DNA of 64,000 bases, taken from the human T2T-CHM13v2.0 reference genome, Homo sapiens. The notes under the pieces were generated by a model. It made no database searches and was not told the origin of the DNA. It worked only from the letters and a program-made list of their open reading frames with translations. The translations under genes and the position numbers were made by a program. Below are positions 38,601 to 55,977 of the stretch, one piece after another. The stretch lies in assembly GCF_009914755.1 (NCBI RefSeq), contig NC_060926.1; one strand, written 5' to 3'. Every line of letters starts with the position of its first letter. Within the stretch, counting starts at the first letter, position 1.

Positions 38601-41600
38601 AAATCCACTTAAGAGCTTAGGGAAATTGTGAAGTGCCTGTCAGATTACAATAATTGTATGGAAGGCTTTTGTGAGCTGTGATAGAGGACGGTCTAGGTAA
38701 GGGGGAAAAAAGGCAAAGTAAAATGTTTTCCTCCATTAACAGTTTCTAGAAATAGACTGTGTGATTGTGGTGTTTATGTGCTCCACGCAGGTTTCTATAG
38801 GAGAAGAAATGTTCTGAGGAGAGGAAACCTTCCCAAGGACAAGCTAGAGAACATGACTTGCCTCTTCCCAACCCTCCACCCTCCCAGGTCCTCTCAGTAC
38901 TCCAAGTACTAAGTCCAAGTAAACTAAGTCTAAGTAAACCAAATAAGTAACTAAATCTAAGTAAACCAAGTCCAAGATTTATTTGGGAGCTGGGAGTGTG
39001 CTTCTGCCAGGCAGGGCAATACTCTTGAGAACCTAGGGGACCCAGGAAATAACACACTTCTCTGACTCCAAGGCAGAGATTGAGATATTATTTTCATTAC
39101 TGAAATTAAACTCATGTTGAGAATGTGGCTTAGGCAGGCTATTAATATAATAATGAGCTATTGAACACCATAGAAAACCCTGAGACCTCCTCACATTGGG
39201 TTCTGGACTGTAAATTTATAGCATGGGGAAGAAGAGCAGAATGTGTACTTTCAGGAAGTCGTGAGTTTCCAAGGAGAAAAAGGAACTGAGAGATTTAGCT
39301 TCTCATTCGCAATTTTTTCTACTTCACAGTTGAGTAAAGTCATTCATCCTCCCTGGGGGATAAATGATTAAGGAAAGGGAGAGAGGTTGGGAGAGTTAGA
39401 ATTCAGAGACCTCTCCAAACAAAAGAAAATATGACTGTAAAGATGTGAGCCTACCTAACAAATTTCTGAATTTTCTGTGTTCTCTGTGTAGCTGGAGGGA
39501 GCCATTTTAATATCTGGAAGACCAAATCCAGTTGTCTTCATGAGTCTCATTGAATTTGATTTACAAGTAAGGAGGCGAAAAAGGATACAGAGGGGTCAGA
39601 GTAATCAACCGTATATTAGGGCAGGTCAGGAAAAGTTTCACAAAAGAGAAGACATTTGTTGTTAAAGCCTAAAATAGTAAAGTGAACATTTCAGACAGAA
39701 TGTACAAAGACATGGGTTTTAAAATCGCATGTCATGTCTGGAAAATTCCAAGTATCCTATGTAAATCCTACGTAAACCAAGTGTCTTACGTAGTGAGTGA
39801 AAAAATGTTGAGACTGTTTAGGTTCACAGGTGGGCCCAGTCTTGTAGGGGCCTTTGTTTAATGAGATAATCTTGTCCTTTAAAATTGGGGAAACCACTGA
39901 AGGAGGTTAAAAATTATTTGCTCCCTGAGGTTCTCTGACACGTCAGTGAGCCCTTGAACCCTGATCTTTTGTTTGTTTCCATCTTTAGCACAGCTCAGCT
40001 TCTACTCTGGCCGTCATTGTAAAGCAGTTTATTTCAATTTCACTTTCCAGGTCTTATTTAATGGTATCCAATAAATTATTTTACAACTTCATTGAATTGT
40101 CTGACCTTTCACTAAAAATCAAGTGAGTTTGGGGGAGGCATGAGGATGCTACAAACATGACCCTTACTTTCAAGGAGGCTGCCTTCTACAGTGCAGGAAG
40201 ACAGGTGTCTATAAAACCAGATCTGGAACAAATCAGAGACGGGGCCTTAAAAGAGGAGCAAATGAGGGGCTTTTGGAGCACAGAGAAGGAAACACTAAAT
40301 ATTTGTCAGAAGAGGTGGAGTTAAGGAGGGCTGCACAGAGGAGATAACCATAGGCATAACAGAACAGGGGCAGTTTCCTGACAGACGTTGTCTTGTTAAT
40401 CTCTACCTTCATTTATGGATACTACAACCTTGTTCTACAAATGCTTAGGATACGCTGGAATTCATCCATAGCTAATGGTATACATGGGGGGGTGATGAAA
40501 GCTTGGAGACAACAGCTGTGGAGAGATGGGACACAGGGACACAAACACAAGTGATTTATTTCTGAGGTCAGATTGAGAGAAGAGCTGCAGTTTGAATGTG
40601 AGGGAAGAGGAAGAGCAAGGAAATGTTGCTGGAGTTTCTGACTCTGGTGACCTTGTGGAGATTATTCAATCTCTTAGGATAACGACCTACAGGCACCTTA
40701 AGCCAGCTGCCTGGGAGTTAGTCCATGGAGGGAAACTGTGAAAAACTTGGAAATGAAACAAAAATATTGCTGGGTGAATTCAGTGGGAAAGTAGAGATGG
40801 TCATCTTGGTTGCTGCTTTTATTTAGTCTTTGTGCTTTCCCATGTCTTTGTTTTTTCAGTGTCTTAAATTACAAATACCTAGTGCAAATGATTTCATTCA
40901 CAGATATGCAAATGCATTTTGTCTACTGAAAAAGACAATTGATTTCTCCTCTCATTCCCTTGGAAAAGTCAGTTTTTATCCATTTTAAAGTATATTTTAG
41001 CATTCCTGATGGTATGTGTATATGCACACATATATGTATAGATATATAAATACATATATACATGTTTTAATTCTCCTCTGAATTGGTTGCAACATCTTAT
41101 TGTTCATCTCATTAGTGAGTTCAGTAAAATCTTTGATTCATGCTAAGTTTATTTTTATATGAGAGTCATGATTTTACCCTTTAAAAATTAATCTTTAAAT
41201 GTCCTCTTTAAATTGAACTTTATTTGCATGTGGGTTCAAGGATCTAGTTCCTTCCTTAATGACAGGAGAAAAGCTCCCTAGTTCCCTAGTTCATAATCCA
41301 AGTTTATGTTGGCTAATCCAGAAATCTGCCAGGTAAATAACTGGTCATTTCTTTCTTTCTGGAGAAATGTCTAAAGTAGGTGATTATTTCTTATGCTGTT
41401 CTCCCCAGGGAAGAACATGAGTGTAAGGCAGTAGCCTGAGATACATCTTTCTTGCCTTGCCTCTAGCTTTTTAAATGTCAGTTGCTTATTTTAGACAAAT
41501 AATGTGCTCTGGCTGCCTTCTAATGTGCTTACATCTCATACTCTGTCCATAAATTTCTTAGTTATGGCTAGAGGAAAAGAAGTTTCAAAGCCAACACAAT

Positions 41601-41982
41601 GGGTCACTGGGGGAGGAGTCTTAAGTACAAGTTTTATTTTCATAAAAAATAAAATCCAAAAGGCAGCTCAATGGGTAGAAAAAAATCTTAGTTGAGGACA
41701 TTCAATATTCCCATCTGATACTTGCATCCTATAGTAGATTCAACTGCCTTCCCCTCAATTGTTGCCACACGACCTGTGCATGCTCCTGTCCTAAGGGCTA
41801 TAAGCCCTGATTGAATTTATTTCTTAATGTATGTGTCTCTCTTGCTAAAATGTGAGGCTCTTTAAAGCAGGAGGCTAATTTGATCTTTCTGCAATGTCAT
41901 TCAGAAATTTGGAATACAGTAACTTTCTAATATGCATTCCTACCTTCCTGGACAGCTCTCGCAATTTAAAAAGACTGTCCAT

Positions 41983-42442
41983 GTTTTTCAAAAGAAGACA
42001 TACAAATGGGCAATAAGCATATGAGGAAATTCTCAATATCCCGTCATTAGAGAAATGCACATTAAAACCACAATGAGATACCATCTTATACCAGTCAGAA
42101 CAGCTATTATTAAAAAGTCAAAAAATAACAGATGTTGCCTAGGATGCAGAGAAAAGGGAATGCTTATAAACCGTTGGTGGGAAGATAAATTAGTAGAACC
42201 TCTATGGAAAACAGTATGGAGATTTCTCAAAGAACAAAATTAGAACTACGATTTGATCCAGCAATTCTACTACTGGGTATACACCTAAAGGAAAAGAAAT
42301 CATTATATCAAAAAGATTCTTGCACTCATGTGTTTATTGCAGTGCTATTCACAATAGAAAAGGTATGGAATCAAATTAAGTGAATATCAGTGGAGGATTA
42401 GATCGAGAAAATATGATATAGATATATATACATACCATGTGT

Positions 42443-42478
<36 letters not shown>

Positions 42479-42855
42479 CATGGAATACTGCTCAACCATA
42501 AAAATGAATGAATTCATTTTGCAGCAACATGGATGGAACTGAAGACCATTATCTTGAGTAAAATAACTCAGAATAGAAAGTCAAGTACTGAATGTTCTCA
42601 TTTTACTTGACTGAAAGTCAAGTAAATAATGTGTACTCATGGATATGCAGGGTAGAATAATAGACATTGGAATCTCAGAAAGCTGGGAGGGTGGGAGTGG
42701 GGTGAAGGATGAGAAATTACCTATTGAGTGTAATGTACGCTATTTGGGTGATGGTTATGCTAAGAGCTCAGACTTTCATCACCACACAATATATCAATGT
42801 AACAAAACTACACTCCGGGCCCTCCAAATCTGTAAAACTAAATAAATAAATATAT
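41983..42855 (+). mobile_element. L1MA/L1PB 3' fragment with an internal (CA)n
   Basis: ORF 42055-42243 ([25 protein letters not shown]) is the L1 ORF2 C-terminus; a 3'UTR and AATAAA-rich tail follow. Confidence 0.88.
42445..42477. repeat. (CA)n microsatellite
   Basis: About 16 CA units. Confidence 0.95.
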
Positions 42856-43692
42856 GTAAGATAAAAATAACGAAGACCTTTTATGTTTAGAGTCAGAATC
42901 TACCTCTTCATAATATCCATCCTTATGTCACAGGTGTGTCCTTTGGAGTTACACAGATCAAATTTCTTTTTTTTGATAATCACAAAAGGACTTTATTATT
43001 AGCTCCCACCATCCTTATTCAGTGACAGCCCATGATAGAAAATTTGAATCTGATCACTCCTAAACTCCTGTGTTCCCTTTAAGTGAGTAAATGCTTTCTT
43101 ATCTCTTATGATAATCATAGCTTACATCTCTTTTTATGTTTACAGCTACTTCCCTTCTCCCAGAGTGTACTGCTGCTGGGTGACTTATCATGGGTGAAGG
43201 GATCCCAGGGGCTTTTTTTCCCTTCCTTGTTCATTTTTTCCCTAACTCAACAGTCTCTATTTCTGACCTCTGCGGAGTTGGAGCTTGGAAAAATGAGGGA
43301 AAAGGAAATGGAATAGAAATGTTCCTACTTGACTGCTATTGTCATAAGAGGCTTTTACTTTTTCTGGGCTTAACAGATTTTTAAAGTTGACTTTCTCTTA
43401 CATTTTCATGGGTCTTTGGAGATCCCCTGTTCTGCACATCTCTTACCTACAGTTCTTTCTGGGTTAGTGTATCTCTTACTCTCTCTTAGCCTCTAGAATT
43501 CTAGAAATAACCTTCAGCTTCTCAGCTGCTGAGCTCTATTTCTTCTTCTTGGTGGCCCTCTTAAGAAGGACCTAAAACAACCCTTCATGATGGTTCACAC
43601 ACTCAGATTTCCCAAATGGCTCCTGAGAAACTCTCACCAAATTTTTTTGGGAGGTGGGGGGTCTGTTTAATACAGTGAGTTTACATTTATTC

Positions 43693-47309
<3,617 letters not shown>

Positions 47310-47380
47310 ACACAGATCGAATTTATTATTCTCTCAATGTCATGGAGACAAGGCACACACAAAAGAGAAGGCAGTTAGAA

Positions 47381-47901
47381 CAGTGGTCCCCAACATTTTT
47401 GGCACCAGAGACCCATTTTGTAGAAGACAATTTTTCCATGGACTGGGGAAGGGGATGGTTTTGGGATGATTCAAGTGCATTTCATTTATTGTGCACTTTG
47501 TTTCTATTATTGTTACACTGTAATATATAAATATATAATGAAATAATTTTACAGCACATAATATAGAATCAGTGGGAGCCCTGAGCCTGTTTACCTGCAA
47601 CTAGATGGTCCCATCTGCGGGTGATGGGAGACAGGAACAAATCATCAGGCATTAGAGCCTCATAAGGAGCATGCAACATAGATCTCTTGCATGTGCAGTT
47701 CACAGTAGGGTTTGTGTTCCTATGAGAATCTAATGCCACTGCTGATTTGACAAGAAGCAGAGCTCAGGTGTTAATGCAAGCAAAGGGGAGTGACTGTAAA
47801 TACAGATGAAGCTTTGCTTGCCCACTGCTCACCTTCTGCTGTGCAGCCCAGTTCCTAACAGGCCATGGAATGGTTCATGGCCTGGGGGTTGGGAACCCCT
47901 G
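47381..47901 (-). mobile_element. MER1A (non-autonomous Charlie3 derivative)
   Basis: TIRs CAGTGGTCCCCAAC / GTTGGGAACCCCTG; 521 bp; 8-bp TSD AGTTAGAA / AGTTACAA. Confidence 0.92.
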
Positions 47902-49259
47902 AGTTACAATAATGGAAGCCACCAAATTAGTTTTTCCACATATCCTCCAAGAATAATAGTTATAGAAAGGAGAATAAGTAAAACCACTTAGACCATGCCT
48001 GCAGCATGACTGTAGGATAGAGAGTATTAAAGCTTCAATTTATATTTTAGTTGGGAAATAAACTTCTGAAACTCACAAATGGCCTTGGGAGCCGAAGCCA
48101 GAGCTGAGCATCATATAGGACTGCATAGAAGAAAGAAACATGTGTCAGGATCCTGGATGTGATAGAACCAACAACATCAACTATGGTTTACAACCAGAAA
48201 AAGGCCCCATCTTACATGATGACAGATGTAAGGACCACAGATCGGAGTTACTGAGGAGTTAAGAACTCTAGAATCTCAGTGTTTAGGTGGAAGGCACAGA
48301 GGTGTTCACTGTACTGTTCTAAATACTCTGTATCATCCTAGTGTGTTGAAAAAGTTCAAGGAACTCATGAAGAAGTTTAAAAATATGGTAGAGAGAATGT
48401 GCTGTGGGAACACAGGGGAAAAGTCACGCCTTCCTGGGGCTATACAAGAAAGGGGCTTTGAGAGAGATCTGGAAGGTGGCACAAGATCACCTACTCACCA
48501 AGAAGGGGGCCTAGTCACGCGTATTCCCTCATGGACTCTCAACACCGTGCCTGGGCACTACCTTGATCACCTTGCGGTTTCAGACCCTCTTCAGCCCAGG
48601 GATACCTATCAATATTAATACTCTCTGCAATAATCTGTCCTCATGCCTTGGGTTTACTCTTGTTCTTGAATTTGGGAGGTGTTAGCTTGCTGCAAATATA
48701 ATGTTGCTGAAAAAAGATACGGTACAAACAAGTCAACATTTTAGAGAAATCATAGAAGCCAGCAGATTTTAGATTTTTGGTGCTAAAAAAGAATTAAGGC
48801 CCAACTTTAGAGCGAGTTATTAAGCAAAGAGAGTAAAAAGGCTCTTTTAGCTTTCCAGCATGTGTTGTACTTTTTGGGTGTCTTTTCTCTACCAGGGCCC
48901 ACTTGGTACCTGTGCTAACATGGTATTTTTGAACATTATTAAAGAAATATGCAAAGTATCCTTTGCTCAGGGAATAACTGCAGGAAACTAACATTTATAG
49001 AGGTAATGCACTGAGTCAGGCATTGTGGTAGGTGCTTTGTGTACATTTTATCAGATATTCCCTACTTGAGTGTCATGGATCCTGGAATACCAGGAAGTAG
49101 TTGCAGATGTGTTGAGATATTTATGCCCTTCATGTCTGGTGTGGTTGAAAAGGGCCTAGTGAAGCCAGACAGAGCCTCTAGGCCAGACACTTCAGGCCAC
49201 AGAGAGCCTATTTCTGTGTACCATGCATAACATGAAAACATCTGGGCAGCATGGCCTTA

Positions 49260-49430
49260 TACCAGTTATTTCTCATTGTAAACTATAAGGTAAATATCAC
49301 TTTCACTATTTCAGAAATAAAGAAACTGAGGCTCAAGAGATTGAATGAGTTTCTGTCTAATCCCATAGACAATGAGTAGCAGAGTCAAGGTTGCAGTCCG
49401 GCTGCCTGGTATCAGGGTTCAGCTTTCTCT
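49260..49430 (-). mobile_element. MIR SINE
   Basis: TTTCAGAAATAAAGAAACTGAGGCTCAAGAGATTGAATGA core. Confidence 0.65.
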
Positions 49431-51989
49431 CTGCACCCTCTTCAGTTCATGGATTACCTCAGCTCTGTGGCTTAGCACATCTCTGCATTATGTTTGCACA
49501 CCCACAGAGGGCAACCACTCAGATTTGGAAGCTGAAGTAACACATGAGCTGGAAAGATCTTCAGACAGCATAAAGTTTTGGAACTTTCTACTAAGGAATA
49601 CAGTTTGAAAGCATCACACTAGAGGGAAGAGATTGGAGAAGTGGTGTGGGTTCAAATCATGAATATCTTGCAACAGGTTTGGAAGATTGGCAATGAGGAG
49701 CCATTGAAAATATTCTTTCCTTTAATTTCCCCCTTAATTATTTCTTATGCTGTATACCTCAAAAGTAACTAGAGATCCCCTGTCTCTAGGTGGATATGGA
49801 GTCACTTCCATGGGAATGCCCAGGCTATATGAGCTCAGTGGGTGTCCCTGTTTAATGGCAAGACCTTAGTTCCTCCAGGGCATCCTCAGGGATGTTCCAC
49901 TGTTCTCGGATGTTAGGTCAGTCTGCATCCTCAGCAGCTGGACCAGGGCCAATCCTGCTGCCATTGCCTGTCCTTGAGGTACTGCTTTCTGCTCCACTGG
50001 TGCTGCTGTCATTAACACTGGTTGCTCTAGGCTGGGACGTGGGTCTAGTGAGTCTTGTGTCAGCTGCTGCTTCTTAACCCTGACACAGCTCATTCCCCTA
50101 TTGTAACTTGCCCCTGCGCTTTCCTGGTAGCCTTCTGACCACCTTTATTCCCCAATGTCTTCCCACTCCAGACCACTGCCTGCCACTTTCCTGGGCTGGG
50201 TCCATCTTTGGCTTACGGCTCTGAGTAATATCTTCACCCACTTGCTTGGGTTCCTGCTATTGATACAGCTGCTGTTACTATTGGTTCCTGGCAGGGCAAT
50301 GGACCACTCTTCTTTTCTACTTCTTTTTACTACTTCAGGTTCTCTATTTTACTTTAGGTTCTTACTCTTCTCTACTTTAGGTTCTTGCCATCAAGGAAGA
50401 TTGCCCAGCTGCCTGTGTTGGTTCAAGCTGTTCAGATATTTTCTCAGGTAACACCCACCATGTGGCACTATTGCTACCCTCCAATCTTCAGGCCTTGTTG
50501 CCAAGCCTGGCTCATTACTGCAGATTTCTTCTTCCCTCAGGGTAAATTCTTCCCCTAACGATCCCTATTTCTTCTCGAAATGTCACTCCACTGGGTTACT
50601 CCCACCCGATTTACCAGATGTGCTTGTAGCTCTGCTGGCACCCGAATCTTGGCACTGTTAGTTCTTTACCAAGGAGGCTATTTAGCATCTGCATCAACAG
50701 TGATTAACAGGAGTGAGGAAGTCATGTAATTCATATGCACATTTCCTCTTATTTCAAAACATGTCATTTTTTTTGTAGAGATTTTAGAAAATGCAGTAAA
50801 AAAATAGGATGACAAATATCACTAGTAATTTTTCCACCCAGAGATAAATAAAGTTAATGTTTGCTGGATGTCATTTATATTTATTATGTGCCCTGTGCCA
50901 GGCATTGTGCTAAGCACAGCAATAAAAACAAAACAAAATACTCTCTGCCAGTGCTTATGGGAGTATGCCACATATACTATCATGGAGCCTCTGCTCTCCC
51001 TCATGCTATTTCATAAAGCCTATTTTTAAAAAAATTCTTTACTGAAGAAGACAGAGTTTTCTGTCATTTTTCTCCTGGTTTCTGAATGAAATCACATTCA
51101 GACACATGCCTTTCTCAGAACTTTCCAGATGTCTTTCATTCCCCTGCATTGCAGCATTTTTCTCCTATACTTCATTTTTCTCCCTTCTTTATTTTTTCTC
51201 TGACAGTGACTCAGCTGTTATCCTCAGTATTTGTCAACAAATAGAGCCTTTAGCTCTCTCCTGCTCACTTATGTGCTGTTAGAGTCTTTCCCTCGTATCT
51301 GCTCTTGGTGGAGATGACCCCTCATCCCCCATATTCCAGGACTCATCTTCCAGTCGTTATTAGCTTAGTGCCCTGTGCTTTGTGGAGCTGATAGCCTTCC
51401 CTACCCCAGTGACTGGTGCACCACCCTCTTGAATTATTGGAAAATGCAGGTGTCTGGGGTACACATCTCAGTTATACTGTTCTCAGGCTGTCTGTTTCCA
51501 GTCTACATAAAAGATTTTCTTTGTGGAGCCTATTCCTCCCAGTACGCAAGGTGCCCCAGTTGGTACCCCTGGGCTCCAAAAGTTGCCGCATACAGATGTG
51601 GAAAGGACAGCAGAGGCTGTCACCTCATGAATCAGCACCCAAGGGGCAGATGGGCAGCTGCTCAGCTTTCAGATTGGTTTGGACAGTGGAGAGCCTTTGA
51701 ATTTGGGGCTAGATATTGGGAGAAGTAAAAGTGCTTTTCTTTCTTTAGATACTATCTGTTTCATAAAAGAAAGTCTGGGTTCTGCCCTATCTGGTTCTAA
51801 ACTCATTAGAGTTCGTAGAAATTTCTCCGATTTCTAATGTTAGGTTGTCAGTCCATCTGTTCATCCTAATAGTCTCTGCTGTTATTTTCAGTTTCTTCTT
51901 TCCTTTGTCTTTATTCATATTTGATTGGAAGTTAGGAGGGGCCTCCTTACTTCACTGAAGGTGCTAGGCTAATCTTCCCAACAATCATG

Positions 51990-52200
51990 ATAGTTGCATT
52001 ATTGAACACCTATGTACCTGATACTTTTCTTGCTGCTTTATGTATGTTATTGCTTTGATTCCAACCCTATGAGGTAGCTGTTATTATCTCCTTCTTACAG
52101 ATAAAGAATACAAGGTGAAGAGGTTATTAAAAATTTGCTCAAAGGACACTGAACTTGTAATGTGCACAGCCTAGCTTCAAACCTAGGACTCTTATACTAA
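51990..52200 (-). mobile_element. MIR SINE
   Basis: CAACCCTATGAGGTAGCTGTTATTATCTCCTTCTTACAGATAAAGAA core. Confidence 0.7.
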
Positions 52201-52369
52201 ACCCCTTGACATTTCCCCAGTCTCTTAATATCTTTAAGGTTAATTGTATTGTGTTATTTTGGAACATTTGTCTAAAAATGAATTTTGTGCAAAACTTCCA
52301 TCGATATCTGCAATTGCTGTACTCCAGGTAAAGGATGAGAACAGTCTGGCACTTCAGTGCGATTTAGCA

Positions 52370-52600
52370 TCTTCCCTCCCTTCCTCTGTCTCTCTTTTCC
52401 TTCCTTCCTTTTTTCATTCTTCTTTCTTTCTTCCCTTCCTCTCTCCCTTCCTTCCTCCCTTCCTCTCTCCCTCCCATCCTCCCTTCCTCTCTCTCTCCCT
52501 TTCTCCCTCCCTCTCTCCCTCCTTTTTTCCTTCCTTCCTTCCTTCTTTTTATTTCTTTTTCCTTTATTCTTCCTTTTACTCTCTTACCCTGCTTCATCCT
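52370..52600. repeat. Polypyrimidine (CTTC/CTCC)n low-complexity tract
   Basis: About 230 bp that are almost purely C/T on the + strand. Confidence 0.92.
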
Positions 52601-53395
52601 TTTACTCCAGGCTCTCATGCTACTGTGAGTTCAAGACCCAATAATGCCTACGTTTTTATGTGTTACATGTGTAAAATTCCTAGCACAGTGGGGTTGATTG
52701 GAAATAAGTGAGATTGAAAGTGTGGAAGTAAAAGTGGCTTCTCTGCCATCTCAAAATGGATTGTAGACTTATTCACAATCAGGAATAATTAACTGATGGC
52801 ATTTTCATGTGTTGGTGAGGAGAGAGAGACAGGTTACCTCCAAGAGGAAGCAGGGCAGCCAAGAAACTTTTAAACACAATAGCTGAGCTCTCTGGTGGGG
52901 CTGGTTGGTGCCCTACAATAGCAACAGTGGAATGTATGCCACACTTAGGATGAACCTTTAGGCCACTCCCATCTCTCAAGGCACGATGAAATTGATTCCC
53001 CCAGCAATGGCCCTGACAGGTGGGCTGAGAAGGTGTGAGATTACTCAGACTCTAGTCCTTCCTTCCATATTTAAAAGTGTGGTTGATGAAGCCCATAAAC
53101 TTAAGTCACAAATAAAAAAACTACCCATCTTCTTCATGAACTCATTAATATTGTGCTTTTTATTAGTAATTTCACTGATTTTAAAGCATATAAATAGCAG
53201 TTTCTATCTTGGGCTAAAGTCCGTCTTTAAATTAAATATTTTAGATCCAATGATAAAGCTTATCTTTGCACTTGAGGAAGTAATGTCAGACAAATAAAAA
53301 ATTGTTTACCAATTTGTACATGAATTTTTCGCCAAATGAGCCTTTACATTTGTTCGTGTTCTTAATATTTACACGTTTGCAGTGAGGTCAGCTCC

Positions 53396-53649
53396 CCAGG
53401 TTATCCCATTTCTGCATAAATATATCCATATGATTCACTTCACCTGGATTGTCTACATGCACAAATACATGGGTAGACAATCATATTACATATTCATAAA
53501 GTTTGGTCCACAACCCATCCTCCAGGTTATCCCATTTCTGAATAAATATATCCATATGATTCACCTCACCTGGATTGTCTATATGCACAAGTACAAGGGT
53601 AGATAGATTATCATATTACATATTCATAAAGTTTGGTCCACAATCCATC
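53396..53649. repeat. 126-bp tandem duplication (2 copies)
   Basis: CCAGGTTATCCCATTTCTG...GTTTGGTCCACAA(C/T)CCATC starts at 53396 and again at 53522. Confidence 0.95.
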
Positions 53650-54726
53650 ACTATATGATGAATGTCCACTGCTTGCCTTGGCTGAGCAGATTGGGGTCTG
53701 TCTACACATTAATTTATAGTGACAACTCACAAGAGTTCCCTTAGTGAATCTGTCATTTATTTGAACCATAAGGAAATCAGATTGTCAGACCTGATAGCTG
53801 AAATGTATAACAATATCTGTCAAAAATCTGAAGCTACTGCCCTCAAATAGACCTTGCAGAAACACAAAGGCATTTAATCCTAGTGGCCACTAGGCAAATG
53901 GAAGGGTTTTAGAGAATGTAGAGAGTGTCTCAGACAGAAGCTCTGTGCTTCATGGATGAGCTTAGAGATAGCACAGCCTGTGACACATAAACGCTACCAA
54001 TATCCTAGGGAATAAAACTTTCTTTATCTTTTTAAATAGCTTTGTTGGGACACGATTCACATACCATAAAATTCATTCACTAAAAGTGTACAGTTCAGTG
54101 GTTTTTAGAGTACTCAAGCAGTTATGTATCCACAAACACTATCTAAATTTCTGTTCATTATGTTTTGTGTTTTGATTATTGTTTAGTGATTCTTGGATTT
54201 CCTGTATATGAAAACCCATCATACAAAAATAGAGAAAATTTTGCTGCTTCCTTTCAAATCTGAATGGCTTTTTTTTCTTTTCTTGTTTAATTTCCCTGGT
54301 TAAAATTTCCAGTGCAATATTAAATAGAAGTGGTGAGAGCAGGAATGCTAATCTTGTTCCCGCATTTACAGGAAAATAATTACCTTTTATCATTAAGGGT
54401 GATTTTATCTGTAGGTTTTTCATAGACACCCTTTATCAGGTTAAGAAATTTCACTTTGATTCCTAGTTTGCTAAATGCTTTTATCACAAAAGAGTGTTGG
54501 AATTTGTCAAATTCTTTTCTGCATTTATAAAGATGACTGTATGACTTTTATCCTTTACTCTATTGAAAGAGTATTACATTAGTTGATTTTTTAATGTTAA
54601 ACTAACTGTATTCCTGGGATAAATGCTATTTGGTCATGATTTTGTCTTTTCTATATGCTTCTGGATTCGATCTGTTAGTATTACTTGAAGATTTCTCTAT
54701 CTATTTTATATTATAAGAGTTACTGG

Positions 54727-55018
<292 letters not shown>

Positions 55019-55869
55019 GAGTTATTGGTTCATAGTTTTCTTGGGATGTCTTCATCGGCTTTTGGTATCATGTATACTGGCCTCATAGACTGTTTGGTAA
55101 GTGTCACTTCCTCCTATTTTTTGGAAGAATTTGTGAAGTGTTAGTGTTAGTTCTTTAAACATTTGACAGAATGATCTAGTAAAGCCACCTGCTCCTAGGC
55201 TTTTCTTTGTGGAAAATATTTCATTACTAATTTAATGTCTTTATTCATTATAGGTGTATCCAGATTATCTATTCCTTTTTAAGTTAGTTTCAGTAGTTTT
55301 TGTCTATGTATAATTTTAAAAAATTATCCATTATATAATTTGTTGACACAAATACTATGACAGTTGTTCATAGTATTTTCTTATAATTTTTTTTCTGTAA
55401 GGTTTGTAGTAATGTTCCATCTTTCATTCATTATTTTAGTAATTGGAGTCTTCTATAACTTTTTACTGAACAGTCTAGAAAAAAATTTGTATTTTGCAAC
55501 TTAAAAAAACTTGACTTTGTTGATTTTTTTCTATTGATTTTCTATTATAAAGTTCATTTATTTCCACTTTAATCTTTATTATTCCTTTTCTTCTACTTAC
55601 TTTGAATTTAGTTTACTTTTTTTCTAGTTTCTTACATTGGGAGATTAGATTATAGATTTGTAATTTTTCAGTTTTTAACACAGGAGTCGAAAAGTGTAAA
55701 TTTCCCTCTGAACACTGCTTTAGCTTCCTCTTGTACATTTGGGTATATTGTTGGGTTCTTTTTTTCAATTGTTGAAATGATTTTTAAATTTTCCTTATGA
55801 ATATTTCTTTGACCATTGTTTTATTAGCAGCTCGTTGTTTAATTTCTAAATATCTGAATTTCCCGTGTC

Positions 55870-55977
55870 ATTTTTTATTTTTATTTTTATTTTTTTTTTG
55901 AGATGGAGTCTTGCTCTGTCGCACAGGCTGGAGTGCAGTGGCGCGATCTCAGCTCACTGCAAGCTCCACCTCCTGGG
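55870..55977 (-). mobile_element. 5'-truncated AluY (right-arm end only)
   Basis: GCTCACTGCAAGCTCC is an AluY diagnostic; GTCATTT lies on both flanks. Confidence 0.85.

Noticed and set aside
52244-52711. Ser/Phe/Pro-rich and Glu/Arg/Gly-rich ORFs
   Set aside because: They are translations of a CT low-complexity tract.
53382-53649. Repeat-containing ORF or CRISPR-like array
   Set aside because: There are two adjacent copies without spacers, the context is eukaryotic and there are no cas genes.
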